DNA of 64,000 bases. Source: Lachnospiraceae bacterium (GTDB lineage: Bacteria; Bacillota; Clostridia; Lachnospirales; Lachnospiraceae). Location: contig JAZNXH010000185.1 in assembly GCA_045593785.1 (NCBI GenBank), forward strand, positions 16,225 through 80,224, written 5' to 3'. The position numbers were made by a program, and so were the translations under genes. Under the pieces are notes generated by a model, which made no database searches, was not told the origin of the DNA, and saw only the letters and a list, made by a program, of their open reading frames with translations. Positions 11,396 through 21,710 of this stretch are shown here, piece by piece. Each line of letters opens with the position of its first letter. Position 1 is the stretch's first letter.

Positions 11396-12232
11396 GTGAA
11401 GCGTTTTTGGCTGATCTATAGAAAAGAAGATGCGGTCCGGAACAAAGCATATATTGAGATGTATCAACGGTATGCACCGGAATATGGAATGGAATGTGAA
11501 CTCGTATATGTAGAAGATTTACAGTATGGGGTAAAAGATGGAAAACTGTATTTTGCAGGCATCATAGAATTGCCGGACTTTGCAATTGTACGTACGATAC
11601 TCCCGTCACTGAACAAACAGTTAGAACTGCTGGGAATTTCGTGTTTGAACAATTATCAAGTATCAAGAATATGTAACGATAAAGCAGAGTGCTACCGGTA
11701 TCTGTCCGGACAGGGGATACCGATGCCGGATACTTTATTTGTGGCAAATCAGGAGATTGCCGGATTTTTGGAAAACTGTCCGGTTGGAACTGTTTTAAAG
11801 GCAGTTGACGGGCACGGTGGCGCACAGGTTTGTCTGTATGATGGGAATGCAGAAGCTGTACTTCGTATCATGGGACGTTCCGATATGGTTGCACAGAAAA
11901 GAATTGGAAACAAGAACAGTGATTTGCGCGTATATGTTATCGGACAAAGGATTCTTGCATCTGTTCTACGGGAGTCGAATGAGGGCTTCCGTGCTAATTT
12001 TTCATTGGGTGGCAGTGTTTCATTGTACACTTTGAAAGAAAATGAACACAAATTAGTAAAAAAGATTATTAGCTTATTTGATTTTGATATGGTTGGGATA
12101 GATTTTATCCTTGACGATGACGGAAATCTTGTGTTTAATGAGATTGAAGATGTTGTTGGTGCCAGAATGTTATATCATTGTTCTGACATTGATATTGTAA
12201 GAGAATATTTGAGTTATATATCAAAAAGATAA
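11396..12232 (+). CDS. RimK-type ATP-grasp ligase (paralogue 2)
   Basis: VLKAVDGHGGAQVCLY, DLRVYVIG, EGFRANFSLGG and VFNEIEDVVG. GTG start 6 nt after a GAGGT RBS. Confidence 0.75.
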   Translation: MKRFWLIYRKEDAVRNKAYIEMYQRYAPEYGMECELVYVEDLQYGVKDGKLYFAGIIELPDFAIVRTILPSLNKQLELLGISCLNNYQVSRICNDKAECYRYLSGQGIPMPDTLFVANQEIAGFLENCPVGTVLKAVDGHGGAQVCLYDGNAEAVLRIMGRSDMVAQKRIGNKNSDLRVYVIGQRILASVLRESNEGFRANFSLGGSVSLYTLKENEHKLVKKIISLFDFDMVGIDFILDDDGNLVFNEIEDVVGARMLYHCSDIDIVREYLSYISKR

Positions 12233-12247
12233 AGGGGATTACGACAC

Positions 12248-13915
12248 ATGAAAACGGATATTCAAATCGCAAGAGAAACAAAGCCGGAACACATTCGTCT
12301 GGTTGCCGAGAAGCTGGGCATTATGGAAGAAGAACTTGAGTATTATGGTAAGTACAAAGCGAAGCTTTCTGACGAACTTTGGGAACGTGTGAAGGATAAC
12401 AAGGATGGCAAGCTCGTATTAGTTACTGCGATTAACCCAACACCAATGGGTGAAGGCAAGACTACGATTACGGTAGGTCTGGGTGAAGCACTTGGTAAGT
12501 TGAATAAGAAATCGGTTATTGCACTTCGTGAGCCGTCTCTCGGACCATGTTTTGGTCTGAAAGGTGGTGCAGCCGGCGGTGGATACGCGCAGGTGGTTCC
12601 GATGGAAGACCTGAACCTGCATTTTACCGGTGATTTTCATGCGATTACATCAGCAAACAATCTACTTGCTGCGATGTTAGACAACCACATTCAGCAGGGT
12701 AATGCGTTGAATATTGATATTAAGCGTATTGTATGGAAACGTTGCGTTGATATGAATGACCGTGTACTTCGTAATATTGTAGTTGGTCTTGGTCGTAAGG
12801 CGGATGGTGTTACCAGAGAAGACCATTTTATTATTACGGTTGCTTCTGAGATTATGGCAATCCTATGTCTTGCAGACAACATGGAGGATTTGAAGGCTCG
12901 TCTTAGCAGAATTATCGTTGCATATGATTACACCGGGGCTCCGGTAACGGCAGGACAACTTAATGCAGTTGGTGCAATGGCAGCTCTTCTGAAAGACGCA
13001 TTACAACCGAACCTGATTCAAACCATTGAGCATACACCGGCGATTATTCATGGAGGTCCTTTCGCAAATATTGCACATGGATGTAACAGTGTCCGGGCAA
13101 CAAAGACGGCATTGAAGCTGGCTGATATTGTAGTAACGGAAGCCGGATTTGGTGCAGACCTTGGTGCAGAGAAGTTCCTTGATATCAAGTGTCGTATGGC
13201 TGACCTGAAGCCTTCGGCAGTGGTAATCACCGCTACCATCCGTGCACTTAAGTACAATGGCGGCGTATCGAAGACAGAACTCCTTGGCGAGAATCTGGAA
13301 GCCCTGGAAAAGGGTATCGTGAACCTTGATAAGCACATTGAGAACATCAAAAAGTATAATCTTCCGATTGTTGTAGCGATTAACCGCAGAACAGAAGACA
13401 CCGATGCGGAGATTGCATTCCTTGAGAATCACTGTCGTGAACTGAATTGTCGTTTTGCACTTGCAGAAGTATGGGCAAAAGGCGGCGAAGGCGGTATTGA
13501 ACTTGCAAAGGAAGTTCTTGAAGCCGTGGAAGAAGAAAGTAACTTCAAGTGTTTGTATGAAGACGAACTGAGTCTGAAAGATAAGATTGAGACCATCGCT
13601 AGAGAAATCTACGGTGCAGATGGCGTTACGTATGATAAGGAAGCGGAGAAGACGATTGCAGAGCTTGAGAAGCTTGGATTCGGCAACATGCCGGTATGTA
13701 TGGCAAAGAACCAGTATTCCTTGTCAGATGATCCGACGAAACTTGGACGTCCGAGCGGATTTACGGTAAATATCCGTGAAGTGTATGTATCTGCCGGAGC
13801 CGGATTTGTCGTAGCAATTACCGGTACGATCATGACCATGCCGGGTCTTCCGAAGGTTCCTGCAGCAGAGAATATCGATGTAGATGCAGATGGAAATATT
13901 GATGGATTGTTCTAA
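12248..13915 (+). CDS. fhs: Formate--tetrahydrofolate ligase
   Basis: 555 aa with the [11 protein letters not shown]-loop and full-length resemblance to FTHFS. AAGGGG RBS. Confidence 0.97.
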   Translation: MKTDIQIARETKPEHIRLVAEKLGIMEEELEYYGKYKAKLSDELWERVKDNKDGKLVLVTAINPTPMGEGKTTITVGLGEALGKLNKKSVIALREPSLGPCFGLKGGAAGGGYAQVVPMEDLNLHFTGDFHAITSANNLLAAMLDNHIQQGNALNIDIKRIVWKRCVDMNDRVLRNIVVGLGRKADGVTREDHFIITVASEIMAILCLADNMEDLKARLSRIIVAYDYTGAPVTAGQLNAVGAMAALLKDALQPNLIQTIEHTPAIIHGGPFANIAHGCNSVRATKTALKLADIVVTEAGFGADLGAEKFLDIKCRMADLKPSAVVITATIRALKYNGGVSKTELLGENLEALEKGIVNLDKHIENIKKYNLPIVVAINRRTEDTDAEIAFLENHCRELNCRFALAEVWAKGGEGGIELAKEVLEAVEEESNFKCLYEDELSLKDKIETIAREIYGADGVTYDKEAEKTIAELEKLGFGNMPVCMAKNQYSLSDDPTKLGRPSGFTVNIREVYVSAGAGFVVAITGTIMTMPGLPKVPAAENIDVDADGNIDGLF

Positions 13916-13926
13916 GTAATGTTTAT

Positions 13927-13958
13927 AAAAAGCGGCCACCACCAGGTGACCGCTTTTT
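13927..13958. terminator. Bidirectional terminator between fhs (+) and uxaC (-)
   Basis: aaaaagcggccacc / ggtgaccgcttttt hairpin with one C-A mismatch. An A-tract lies on the left and a T-tract on the right. Confidence 0.75.
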
Positions 13959-13968
13959 GAATGAAATA

Positions 13969-15369
13969 TTAAAAGTTGAAGTAACGTTTGCAGTTATAAT
14001 AGGAGATGTCCTGTACCATCTGTCCGAGCATATCGAAGTCTTCCGGATACTCACCGTTTTCCACCCAGGTACCGATTAGGTTACATAAGATACGGCGGAA
14101 ATACTCATGTCTGGTATAAGAGATGAAACTTCGTGAGTCGGTCAACATACCGACAAAGTTTGCAAGTAATCCTAAGTTTGCAAGAGAAGTCATTTGCTCT
14201 GTCATACCGGTCTTGTGATCATTGAACCACCATGCAGATCCCTGCTGGATTTTGCCAATGGCAGTAGAATCTTGGAAGCAGCCGATGATAGTTCCAATGG
14301 CAGCATTATCAATTGGATTCAGGGAATATAGAATCGTTTTCGGAAGTTCATCGGTAAGGTTTAATGCATTGAGGAAGTCAGCGAGTTCCGCAGCCGGAGC
14401 TGAGCTGTTAATGCAGTCAAATCCGGTATCCGGTCCGAGCTGGTTGAAGAGACGCACATTGTTGTCACGCTTTACACCGTAATGCAGCTGCATTACCCAG
14501 CCGAGTCTGTGATACTCTTTGCCGACAAAGAGCATGAAAGCTGTCTTAAATTTGAATTCTTCATCCGGAGATAATGTTTCACCATTCAGGCGCTTCTTAA
14601 AGTATTTTTCAATTTCTTCCTCGGGGGCAGGACGGTACATAACAAACGGTAATCCGTGATCGGATACGCTACAACCATTGTCGTTGAAGAATTCCATACG
14701 GTTGATAAGTGCTTGTCTGAGTGTTGCAAAGCTGTCAATGGTAACGCCGGATACTTCTTCAAGTTTTTTAAGATAATCCGTATAGTCCGGTTTTTCAATA
14801 TACATTGCCTTATCCGGCCTCCAAGCAGGAAGTACCTGTACCGGGAAACTGTCGTCAGCTTTGATGGCACGATGCCATTCGAGTGAATCGATTGGGTCAT
14901 CCGTTGTGCAGACAGTAGTAACATTAGAACGAAGAATGATGTTACGTGCACTCATATCCGGGCGGGAGAGAATCTCATTGCAACGGTCGAAAATTTCGTC
15001 ACAGTTTTTTTCGGTTAAAGGTTCGTAGATATCAAAGTAACGCTGTAATTCCAAATGGCTCCAGTGGTAAAGCGGATTGCCGATTGCTTTTTGTAAGGTC
15101 TTAGCCCAGGCACGGAATTTCTCGCGGTCATCCGCATCACCGGTAATGTATTTTTCTTCGATGCCGTTGGAACGCATCTGACGCCATTTGTAATGATCGC
15201 CGCCAAGCCACAGTTCGGTAATGGAACGGAAATGCTTGTCCTCAGCGATTTCCTTCGGGTTGATGTGACAGTGGTAGTCAATGACAGGAACCTGTGAAGC
15301 GTAGTCGTGATAAAGCCGTTTGGCTGTTTCGGTTTGTAACAAAAAGTTCTCATTCATGAATGGCTGCAT
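13969..15369 (-). CDS. uxaC: Glucuronate isomerase
   Basis: MQPFMNENFLLQTETAKRLYH and IDYHCHI are typical of UxaC. ATG at 15369 follows an AAAGGA RBS; the listed start at 15402 is probably an upstream extension. Confidence 0.93.
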   Translation of the reverse strand: MQPFMNENFLLQTETAKRLYHDYASQVPVIDYHCHINPKEIAEDKHFRSITELWLGGDHYKWRQMRSNGIEEKYITGDADDREKFRAWAKTLQKAIGNPLYHWSHLELQRYFDIYEPLTEKNCDEIFDRCNEILSRPDMSARNIILRSNVTTVCTTDDPIDSLEWHRAIKADDSFPVQVLPAWRPDKAMYIEKPDYTDYLKKLEEVSGVTIDSFATLRQALINRMEFFNDNGCSVSDHGLPFVMYRPAPEEEIEKYFKKRLNGETLSPDEEFKFKTAFMLFVGKEYHRLGWVMQLHYGVKRDNNVRLFNQLGPDTGFDCINSSAPAAELADFLNALNLTDELPKTILYSLNPIDNAAIGTIIGCFQDSTAIGKIQQGSAWWFNDHKTGMTEQMTSLANLGLLANFVGMLTDSRSFISYTRHEYFRRILCNLIGTWVENGEYPEDFDMLGQMVQDISYYNCKRYFNF

Positions 15370-15404
15370 GGCAAGATTAATCCTTTCATAAGAAATATTC
15401 ATAA

Positions 15405-16406
15405 CTAAAAATCTGTTGTATTACGGATAATAATATCATTTTCAATCGCTATTTTATTTGATGCTTCTTCACCAGAAAATACTTTCATTAGTGTATTGAT
15501 TGCGGTAAGGCAGACTGTTTCAATGTGATTATCAATTGTTGTAAGCTCCGGTTCACAACAGGTCGAAAGAATAGAATTGTTGAAACCGGTAATAATCAGG
15601 TCGTTTGGTATTGTCAGACCGACTGTTTTGGCAAATTTGATTGCGGCAACGGCGTAGATATCTTCCGCAGCAATCACAGCATCGAACTTCAGACCGTTAT
15701 TGTATGCTTTAATCAGTGCATCTTTGGTGTCCGGGAGTTGATTTGGACATTGAAAAATCAATGATTCATCCGGAACGGTTTTGTTTGCAGTAATCGCATC
15801 CTTATATCCATTCAAACGAAGAAGACCACAATATGATTTTGAATGAAACAGATAGAGGATTCTTTTTCTTCCGCTATTAAGGATTCGTGTCGTGAGATTA
15901 AATATTGTTTGGTAGTCGTCACATAAGGTGCAGTAGATATTTGGATGCTTAATATATCCATATAAAATAACAAGTGGAACAATATCTGCTGCTTCCAGAA
16001 GATAGGCGTTGTCTTGTTGAACCGGTTCAAGAAAACTTGATCCAACAAGGATGATGGCATCGACACGTTTTGAGAGCAGAAGATTGAGATACTTTTGTTT
16101 GGTCTCAAGTTCATAACCGGTACAACAAAGAAGGGTATCATAATTGTATGATTTCAAGTTCTGTTCTAAATGAAATACCGCATTTGCCAGAAATGGGTCA
16201 GAAGAATCCAGACACAGAATACCAATCGTTTTCATAGTATTCAGTCCGAGCCCTCTTGCAAAAGCGTTTGGTGTATATCCAAGTTCATCCATAACAGTCA
16301 AAACTTTGTTTCTTGTTTTTTCACTAACATTTGGATTGCCGTTTATGACTCGTGAGACTGTGGCAATCGAAACTCCGGCTTTTGCCGATACATCATAAAT
16401 ATTCAT
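15405..16406 (-). CDS. LacI-family transcriptional regulator
   Basis: N-terminal HTH NIYDVSAKAGVSIATVSRVING plus a periplasmic-binding-protein-like sugar domain. GGAGG RBS. Confidence 0.92.
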   Translation of the reverse strand: MNIYDVSAKAGVSIATVSRVINGNPNVSEKTRNKVLTVMDELGYTPNAFARGLGLNTMKTIGILCLDSSDPFLANAVFHLEQNLKSYNYDTLLCCTGYELETKQKYLNLLLSKRVDAIILVGSSFLEPVQQDNAYLLEAADIVPLVILYGYIKHPNIYCTLCDDYQTIFNLTTRILNSGRKRILYLFHSKSYCGLLRLNGYKDAITANKTVPDESLIFQCPNQLPDTKDALIKAYNNGLKFDAVIAAEDIYAVAAIKFAKTVGLTIPNDLIITGFNNSILSTCCEPELTTIDNHIETVCLTAINTLMKVFSGEEASNKIAIENDIIIRNTTDF

Positions 16407-16418
16407 CTTTCCTCCAAA

Positions 16419-16434
16419 ATGAAAACGCTTTCAT
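16419..16434. promoter_or_regulatory. cre-like / LacI-family operator palindrome
   Basis: ATGAAAACGCTTTCAT; the inner 14-mer fits TGWAANCGNTNWCA. It lies between a putative minus-strand -10 (16446-16451) and the lacI RBS. Confidence 0.6.
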
Positions 16435-16571
16435 TTACGGTTTTTATTATAAAATATTATGAAATAAAACACAAGAAAAAGATAATGGTTTCCAATGGCA
16501 TATCTGTTGACAAAACATAAATTTTATCGGAAAATTATAGATGATTCGTATTTAGTGAGGTAAAGTTTGTA

Positions 16572-17294
16572 ATGGAACAAATTAAACCATATAAAAAATC
16601 ATTTGATTATTCCTATACACTTGGAGCATTTCCGACGATTGAACTGATTAAGAATACACCGGAACAGGTATGTCAGGTCATTATTTCACCGGAGCTTGAA
16701 GACAGAGCAATCATTTCTGAGTTGTGTGACCAATATCGGATTCCTTTGGTGGAAAGCAAAAAACAGATTGAGCGGCTGAGTGATAAGGAAAATGTTTATA
16801 TTATCGGTGTTTTTCGAAAGTTTGAAAAAGAATTGAGTAAGACGGCATCGCATATTGTGTTGGTGAACCCGAGCAATATGGGGAATCTGGGAACGATCAT
16901 TCGTACCGCAATCGGATTTGGTATTCACGATATAGCGCTGATTGAACCGGCGGCGGATATTTATAATCCGAAGGTGGTCCGTGCATCTATGGGAGCTTTG
17001 TTCCATATGAATTTTGCTTATTTTGACTGTTTTGAAACTTATGCAGCTAAGTATTCGGGTCATGAATTCTTTCCGTTTATGTTGGATGCGGATAAGACTT
17101 TGGTGCCGGGCATCTATCAGGGTGAGAAGCCGTTTAGTTTGATTTTTGGTAATGAAGCAACCGGATTAGATGAGAAGTTTCATAAGTTTGGAACTTCGGT
17201 ACTGATTCCGCAGTCATCTGAAGTAGATTCTTTAAATATTACAGTTGCCGTTGCGGTGGCATCTTATGTATTCACGGAAGGAAAAATTCAATAA
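16572..17294 (+). CDS. TrmH/SpoU-family RNA 2'-O-methyltransferase
   Basis: SpoU motifs NPSNMGNLGTIIRTA, FGNEATGL and IPQSSEVDSLNITVA. Confidence 0.88.
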   Translation: MEQIKPYKKSFDYSYTLGAFPTIELIKNTPEQVCQVIISPELEDRAIISELCDQYRIPLVESKKQIERLSDKENVYIIGVFRKFEKELSKTASHIVLVNPSNMGNLGTIIRTAIGFGIHDIALIEPAADIYNPKVVRASMGALFHMNFAYFDCFETYAAKYSGHEFFPFMLDADKTLVPGIYQGEKPFSLIFGNEATGLDEKFHKFGTSVLIPQSSEVDSLNITVAVAVASYVFTEGKIQ

Positions 17295-17322
17295 TTTCTT
17301 TGATAAATTGTAGGAAATGTGC

Positions 17323-17351
17323 TTGACAAATAAAACAATTTGACGTATAGT
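17323..17351 (+). promoter_or_regulatory. Sigma-A-type promoter for ylxM-ffh
   Basis: TTGACA (17323-17328), 17-nt spacer, TATAGT (17346-17351). Confidence 0.55.
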
Positions 17352-17391
17352 ACCACGTGTAAAGAAAAAAACTTTACAGGTGGTACTTCTT

Positions 17392-17796
17392 ATGAATGAG
17401 AATTTGCTCATGAAAAAAGTCGAAGATACAGATAAAGCATTACAAGATATCGTAGAACTTTCTATTCTTTATGATTTTTACAGTGAACTTCTGGGCGAGC
17501 ATAAGAAGGAGATATTCGGTGAGTATATCATGAATGATTTGTCACTCGGTGAGATTGCACAGGATGCAGGCATCAGCAGACAAGGTGTTCATGACATCAT
17601 AAAGCGTTGTTCCGTAAAGTTACGGGATTACGAGAAAAAGTTAGGGTTGAAGACCAGATTTGAGTCAATTAAGACAGACGCACAGCTGATTCAGGAATTG
17701 GTAGAACAGATACGGAAAGCATCAGACGATACGGAACGAGGACAATTAGCGGACCGAATTGAGGCTGTTATTGTTGGACTGATGGAAAAGCTGTAA
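17392..17796 (+). CDS. ylxM: UPF0122 / YlxM putative DNA-binding protein
   Basis: Small HTH protein immediately upstream of ffh, which is conserved synteny. ATG at 17392 lies 8 nt after AGGTGG. Confidence 0.88.
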   Translation: MNENLLMKKVEDTDKALQDIVELSILYDFYSELLGEHKKEIFGEYIMNDLSLGEIAQDAGISRQGVHDIIKRCSVKLRDYEKKLGLKTRFESIKTDAQLIQELVEQIRKASDDTERGQLADRIEAVIVGLMEKL

Positions 17797-17813
17797 CATT
17801 CAGGAGTAATAGA

Positions 17814-19172
17814 ATGGCATTTGATAGTTTATCAGACAAACTTCAGAATATATTTAAGCATTTGAAAGGCAAAGGAAAACTTTCGGAAGCTGATGTTAAG
17901 GCAGCGCTGAAGGAAGTAAAGATGGCGCTTCTTGAGGCAGACGTTAACTTCAAAGTTGTTAAGAAGTTTGTTGCAGATGTACAGGAGCGTGCGGTCGGAG
18001 TTGAGGTTATGAACAGCCTGACGCCCGGCCAGATGGTAGTAAAGATTGTTAACGAAGAACTGATTTCCCTGATGGGTAGTTCGACGACAGAGATAGAGTT
18101 GAGACCGGCAAATGAGACTACCGTACTTATGATGGTAGGTCTTCAGGGTGCAGGTAAGACGACAGCTTCTGCAAAGCTGGCCGCAAAGTTTAAGGCAAAG
18201 GGAAGAAAGCCGCTTTTGGTTGCCTGCGATATCTACCGTCCGGCTGCAATTGAGCAGTTGAAGGTGAATGGTGAGAAGGCAGGAGTTCCGGTCTTTGCCA
18301 TGGGAACCGGACACAAACCGGTGAACATTGTAAAGGCAGCATTACAACATGCACAGAGTAATGGAAATAACCTTGTTATTATTGATACCGCAGGTCGTCT
18401 TCATATCGATGAAGATATGATGGGAGAACTGGTTGAGATCCGGGAAGCGGTGGATGTGCATCACATTCTTTTAACAGTAGATGCAATGACTGGTCAGGAT
18501 GCGGTGAATGTAGCGGAAAGTTTTAATGAAAAGCTCGATATCACCGGTGTGATTCTTACCAAACTTGATGGTGATACCAGGGGTGGTGCGGCATTATCCA
18601 TCCGCGCAGTCACCGGAAAGCCGATTTTGTTTGCGGGTATGGGTGAGAAACTTTCGGATTTGGAACAGTTTTATCCGGATCGTATGGCATCCCGTATCCT
18701 TGGTATGGGAGATATCTTATCTCTGATTGAAAAAGCAGAACAGGAAATCGACGAAGAAAAAGCAAGAGAACTTACCAAAAAGATGAAAAAGGCTGAGTTC
18801 GACTTCGATGATTATCTGGAACAGATACAGCAGATGCGTAAGATGGGTGGCATCGGTCAGATTTTACAGATGATGCCGGGCATGGGCGCACAGCTTAAGG
18901 GTGTGGATCTTGATAGTACAGAAGATTCCATGAAACGTGTGGAGGCAATCATACACTCCATGACCAAAAAAGAACGTTCCAATCCCGACATTATCAACCC
19001 GTCCAGAAAGAACCGAATTGCACGGGGCGCCGGTGTTGAGATTGCGGAAGTGAACCGGGTTATGAAACAGTATGAGCAGTCCAAAAAAATGATGAAACAG
19101 ATGGCAGGTATGATGTCCGGCAAGAAGCGTAAAGGCTTCGGTGGTTTCGGTGGAATGAAATTTCCGTTTTAA
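17814..19172 (+). CDS. ffh: Signal recognition particle protein
   Basis: GLQGAGKTT, DTAGRL, and a Met-rich M domain at the C-terminus. Confidence 0.97.
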   Translation: MAFDSLSDKLQNIFKHLKGKGKLSEADVKAALKEVKMALLEADVNFKVVKKFVADVQERAVGVEVMNSLTPGQMVVKIVNEELISLMGSSTTEIELRPANETTVLMMVGLQGAGKTTASAKLAAKFKAKGRKPLLVACDIYRPAAIEQLKVNGEKAGVPVFAMGTGHKPVNIVKAALQHAQSNGNNLVIIDTAGRLHIDEDMMGELVEIREAVDVHHILLTVDAMTGQDAVNVAESFNEKLDITGVILTKLDGDTRGGAALSIRAVTGKPILFAGMGEKLSDLEQFYPDRMASRILGMGDILSLIEKAEQEIDEEKARELTKKMKKAEFDFDDYLEQIQQMRKMGGIGQILQMMPGMGAQLKGVDLDSTEDSMKRVEAIIHSMTKKERSNPDIINPSRKNRIARGAGVEIAEVNRVMKQYEQSKKMMKQMAGMMSGKKRKGFGGFGGMKFPF

Positions 19173-19230
19173 TCGAACCAACGACATACTTGACATAAAG
19201 TAAGGCAAATTTTCAAGGAGGTGAAGTAAC

Positions 19231-19476
19231 ATGGCAGTAAAGATCAGATTAAAGAGAATGGGTCAGAAGAAGGTACCGTTCTATCGTATTATCGTTGCAG
19301 ATGCAAGATCCCCGAGAGATGGTCGTTTCATCGCGGAGATCGGTACTTATGATCCGAACCAGGAGCCGAGTGCAGTACGCATCGACGAAGAAGCTGCTAA
19401 GCAGTGGCTTGCAAACGGAGCTCAGCCGACTGAAACCGTCAGCAGACTGTTTAAGAATGCCGGTATCGTGAAATAA
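19231..19476 (+). CDS. rpsP: 30S ribosomal protein S16
   Basis: [11 protein letters not shown]... N-terminus with an AAGGAGG RBS. Confidence 0.97.
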   Translation: MAVKIRLKRMGQKKVPFYRIIVADARSPRDGRFIAEIGTYDPNQEPSAVRIDEEAAKQWLANGAQPTETVSRLFKNAGIVK

Positions 19477-19520
19477 TTCAATGGGATTGCAGCAATGTGC
19501 TGCATGGCAAGGAGACCAGT

Positions 19521-19760
19521 ATGAAAGAGTTGATACAAGTCATTGCCATGGCACTCGTTGATCATCCGGATGAAGTAGTTGTCACGGAAACGGAAACCGA
19601 GAAAACAATCGTTGTTGAACTCAGAGTTGCACCGGAGGATATGGGTAAGGTAATCGGCAAACAGGGTCGTATTGCAAAATCCATCCGTACACTTGTGAAG
19701 GCTGCTGCAACAAAGGATGACAAGAAGGTTGTGGTTGAGATTGTAAATGATGAACCGTAA
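19521..19760 (+). CDS. KH-domain RNA-binding protein (YlqC-like)
   Basis: GxxG KH motif [13 protein letters not shown]. Sits between rpsP and rimM. ATG at 19521 follows AAGGAG. Confidence 0.9.
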   Translation: MKELIQVIAMALVDHPDEVVVTETETEKTIVVELRVAPEDMGKVIGKQGRIAKSIRTLVKAAATKDDKKVVVEIVNDEP

Positions 19761-19855
19761 CATGAATACGGAATCGGGGGAGTATCCGTTGGATACTCCC
19801 TATGTTTTTCACAGCGCAGAAGCATCGCAAACAGTATGCTTCAGAATGGATAAGA

Positions 19856-20365
19856 ATGATTAATGATTATTTAAGAATCGGTGTGATTACTGCACCGCAT
19901 GGTGTTAGAGGAGAGGTAAAGGTCTTTCCGACTACGGATGAACCGGAACGTTTTGAAGAACTGGAGTCAGTGTGGCTCTATAACGGAAAAACTTATATAT
20001 CTCTTGATATTGAGTCTGTAAAGTACTTTAAGAATATGGTAATTTTGAAAGTAAAGCAGATTCCGGACAGGAATGAAGCTGAGAAATACCGCAGTAAAGA
20101 ACTTTACGTGGATCGTGAACATGCATTGCCTTTGGAGGAAGATGAGTATTATATCTGTGATATCATCGGAGCCAAGGTGATTACAGATACAGAAGAAGAG
20201 TTAGGTACGCTTACGGATGTATTACAGACCGGTGCGAATGATGTTTATGTAGTTAAGATGAAAGATGGGAAAGAAGTGTTACTTCCGGTAATCAAAGAGT
20301 GTGTACTAGATGTAGATGTAAGTGCAGGCATTGTAAAAGTACACCTTATGCCGGGTTTACTGTAG
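19856..20365 (+). CDS. rimM: 16S rRNA processing protein RimM
   Basis: VITAPHGVRGEVKV N-terminal motif and a PRC barrel. Start chosen at MINDYLRIG. Confidence 0.92.
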   Translation: MINDYLRIGVITAPHGVRGEVKVFPTTDEPERFEELESVWLYNGKTYISLDIESVKYFKNMVILKVKQIPDRNEAEKYRSKELYVDREHALPLEEDEYYICDIIGAKVITDTEEELGTLTDVLQTGANDVYVVKMKDGKEVLLPVIKECVLDVDVSAGIVKVHLMPGLL

Positions 20366-20392
20366 TATATTTTTCGAAAAGAGATATATCAT

Positions 20393-21121
20393 ATGAACTT
20401 TTATGTAATGACATTATTTCCGGAACAGTTTCAGGCAGTTCTGCAATCCAGTATTATGAAACGCGCCATTGAGGCGGGGCATATTCATGTGGAATTGATT
20501 GATATTCGTCTGTTTTCCGGAAACAAACACAACCGGGTAGATGATTATACCTATGGTGGCGGTGCCGGTATGCTGATGGCAGCACCCCCGGTTTATCGTT
20601 GTTATGAATACATATTGGAGACCTATCAACTGAAGAATCCACGGGTTGTTTATCTGACACCGCAAGGACGCCTGTTTAAACAGGAGATATCAGAAGAATT
20701 GTCTAAAGAAGGTGACATTATTCTATTATGCGGACACTACGAAGGAATTGATGAGCGTGTGTTACAGCGGATTGTTACGGATTATATCTCTATCGGGGAC
20801 TATGTTCTGACGGGAGGCGAACTTCCGGCGATGATTCTGATTGACAGTATTTCACGTCTGGTTCCGGGTGTGTTGAACAACGAGACTTCAGCCGAATTTG
20901 AGACATTTCAAGATAATCTGTTGGAGTATCCGCAGTATACCAGACCGGAGGAATTCATGGGCGAGAAGGTGCCGGAAGTTCTGTTGTCCGGTCATCATGC
21001 CAATATTGAAAAGTGGAGACGGGAACAATCGGTACTTCGTACCGCGAAAAATCGTCCGGACTTATTAGAAAAGGCGAATTTGACTGAAAAAGAAAAGAAA
21101 ATGCTTGCAGACTTGAAATAG
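20393..21121 (+). CDS. trmD: tRNA (guanine37-N1)-methyltransferase
   Basis: Full-length TrmD resemblance ([11 protein letters not shown]) and conserved synteny. Confidence 0.96.
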   Translation: MNFYVMTLFPEQFQAVLQSSIMKRAIEAGHIHVELIDIRLFSGNKHNRVDDYTYGGGAGMLMAAPPVYRCYEYILETYQLKNPRVVYLTPQGRLFKQEISEELSKEGDIILLCGHYEGIDERVLQRIVTDYISIGDYVLTGGELPAMILIDSISRLVPGVLNNETSAEFETFQDNLLEYPQYTRPEEFMGEKVPEVLLSGHHANIEKWRREQSVLRTAKNRPDLLEKANLTEKEKKMLADLK

Positions 21122-21133
21122 GCATGATATAAT
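21105..21133 (+). promoter_or_regulatory. Putative rplS promoter inside the trmD 3' end
   Basis: TTGCAG (21105-21110), 17-nt spacer, TATAAT (21128-21133), with a TGa extended -10. Confidence 0.5.
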
Positions 21134-21139
21134 ACCAAT

Positions 21140-21238
21140 TTGTGAGATTGATGTTCCTCTGTACCGGTTACAACTGTGTTGTACAAACCAAAATTATCAG
21201 AAGGTAGTAAGAACATCTGAATATAAGGAGGATTTAAG
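21140..21238 (+). promoter_or_regulatory. Candidate structured rplS 5' leader (L19-leader-like)
   Basis: GATGTTC (21150-21156) pairs with GAACATC (21211-21217), enclosing smaller hairpins just upstream of the RBS. Not verified against a covariance model. Confidence 0.35.
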
Positions 21239-21592
21239 ATGAACGACATTATCAAGAGCATTGAGAATGCACAGCTGAAGAGCGAAATCGCAGAGTTTAA
21301 CGTAGGCGATACCGTTAAGGTATATGCTAAGGTTAAAGAGGGTAACAAGGAGAGAATTCAGGCATTTGAAGGTATCGTACTGAAGCGTCAGAACGGTGGC
21401 GTACGTGAGACTTTCACTGTACGTAAGAACTCCAACGGTGTTGGTGTTGAGAAGACCTGGCCGGTACATTCCCCGTCAATCGAGAAGATCGAAGTTATCC
21501 GTCGCGGTAAGGTAAGACGTGCGAAGTTGAACTACCTGCGTGAGAGAACCGGTAAGGCTGCAAAGGTAAAAGAGATTATCATCAAGAAATAA
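21239..21592 (+). CDS. rplS: 50S ribosomal protein L19
   Basis: 117 aa with typical L19 sequence. AAGGAGG RBS. Confidence 0.97.
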   Translation: MNDIIKSIENAQLKSEIAEFNVGDTVKVYAKVKEGNKERIQAFEGIVLKRQNGGVRETFTVRKNSNGVGVEKTWPVHSPSIEKIEVIRRGKVRRAKLNYLRERTGKAAKVKEIIIKK

Positions 21593-21603
21593 TGTTGTAT
21601 CTT

Positions 21604-21638
21604 AAGTACCGTCAACATAGGTTGGCGGTACTTTTTTT
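21604..21638 (+). terminator. Rho-independent terminator after rplS
   Basis: 13-bp stem aagtaccgtcaac / gttggcggtactt with one G-U pair, a 4-nt loop, and a run of seven T. Confidence 0.85.
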
Positions 21639-21710
21639 GTATGAGAGCCTTACTGTAAGCATATAGTGTTTTGTATGGGTAATTAATGTAGACAGTTAAG
21701 GAGAAGTGAA

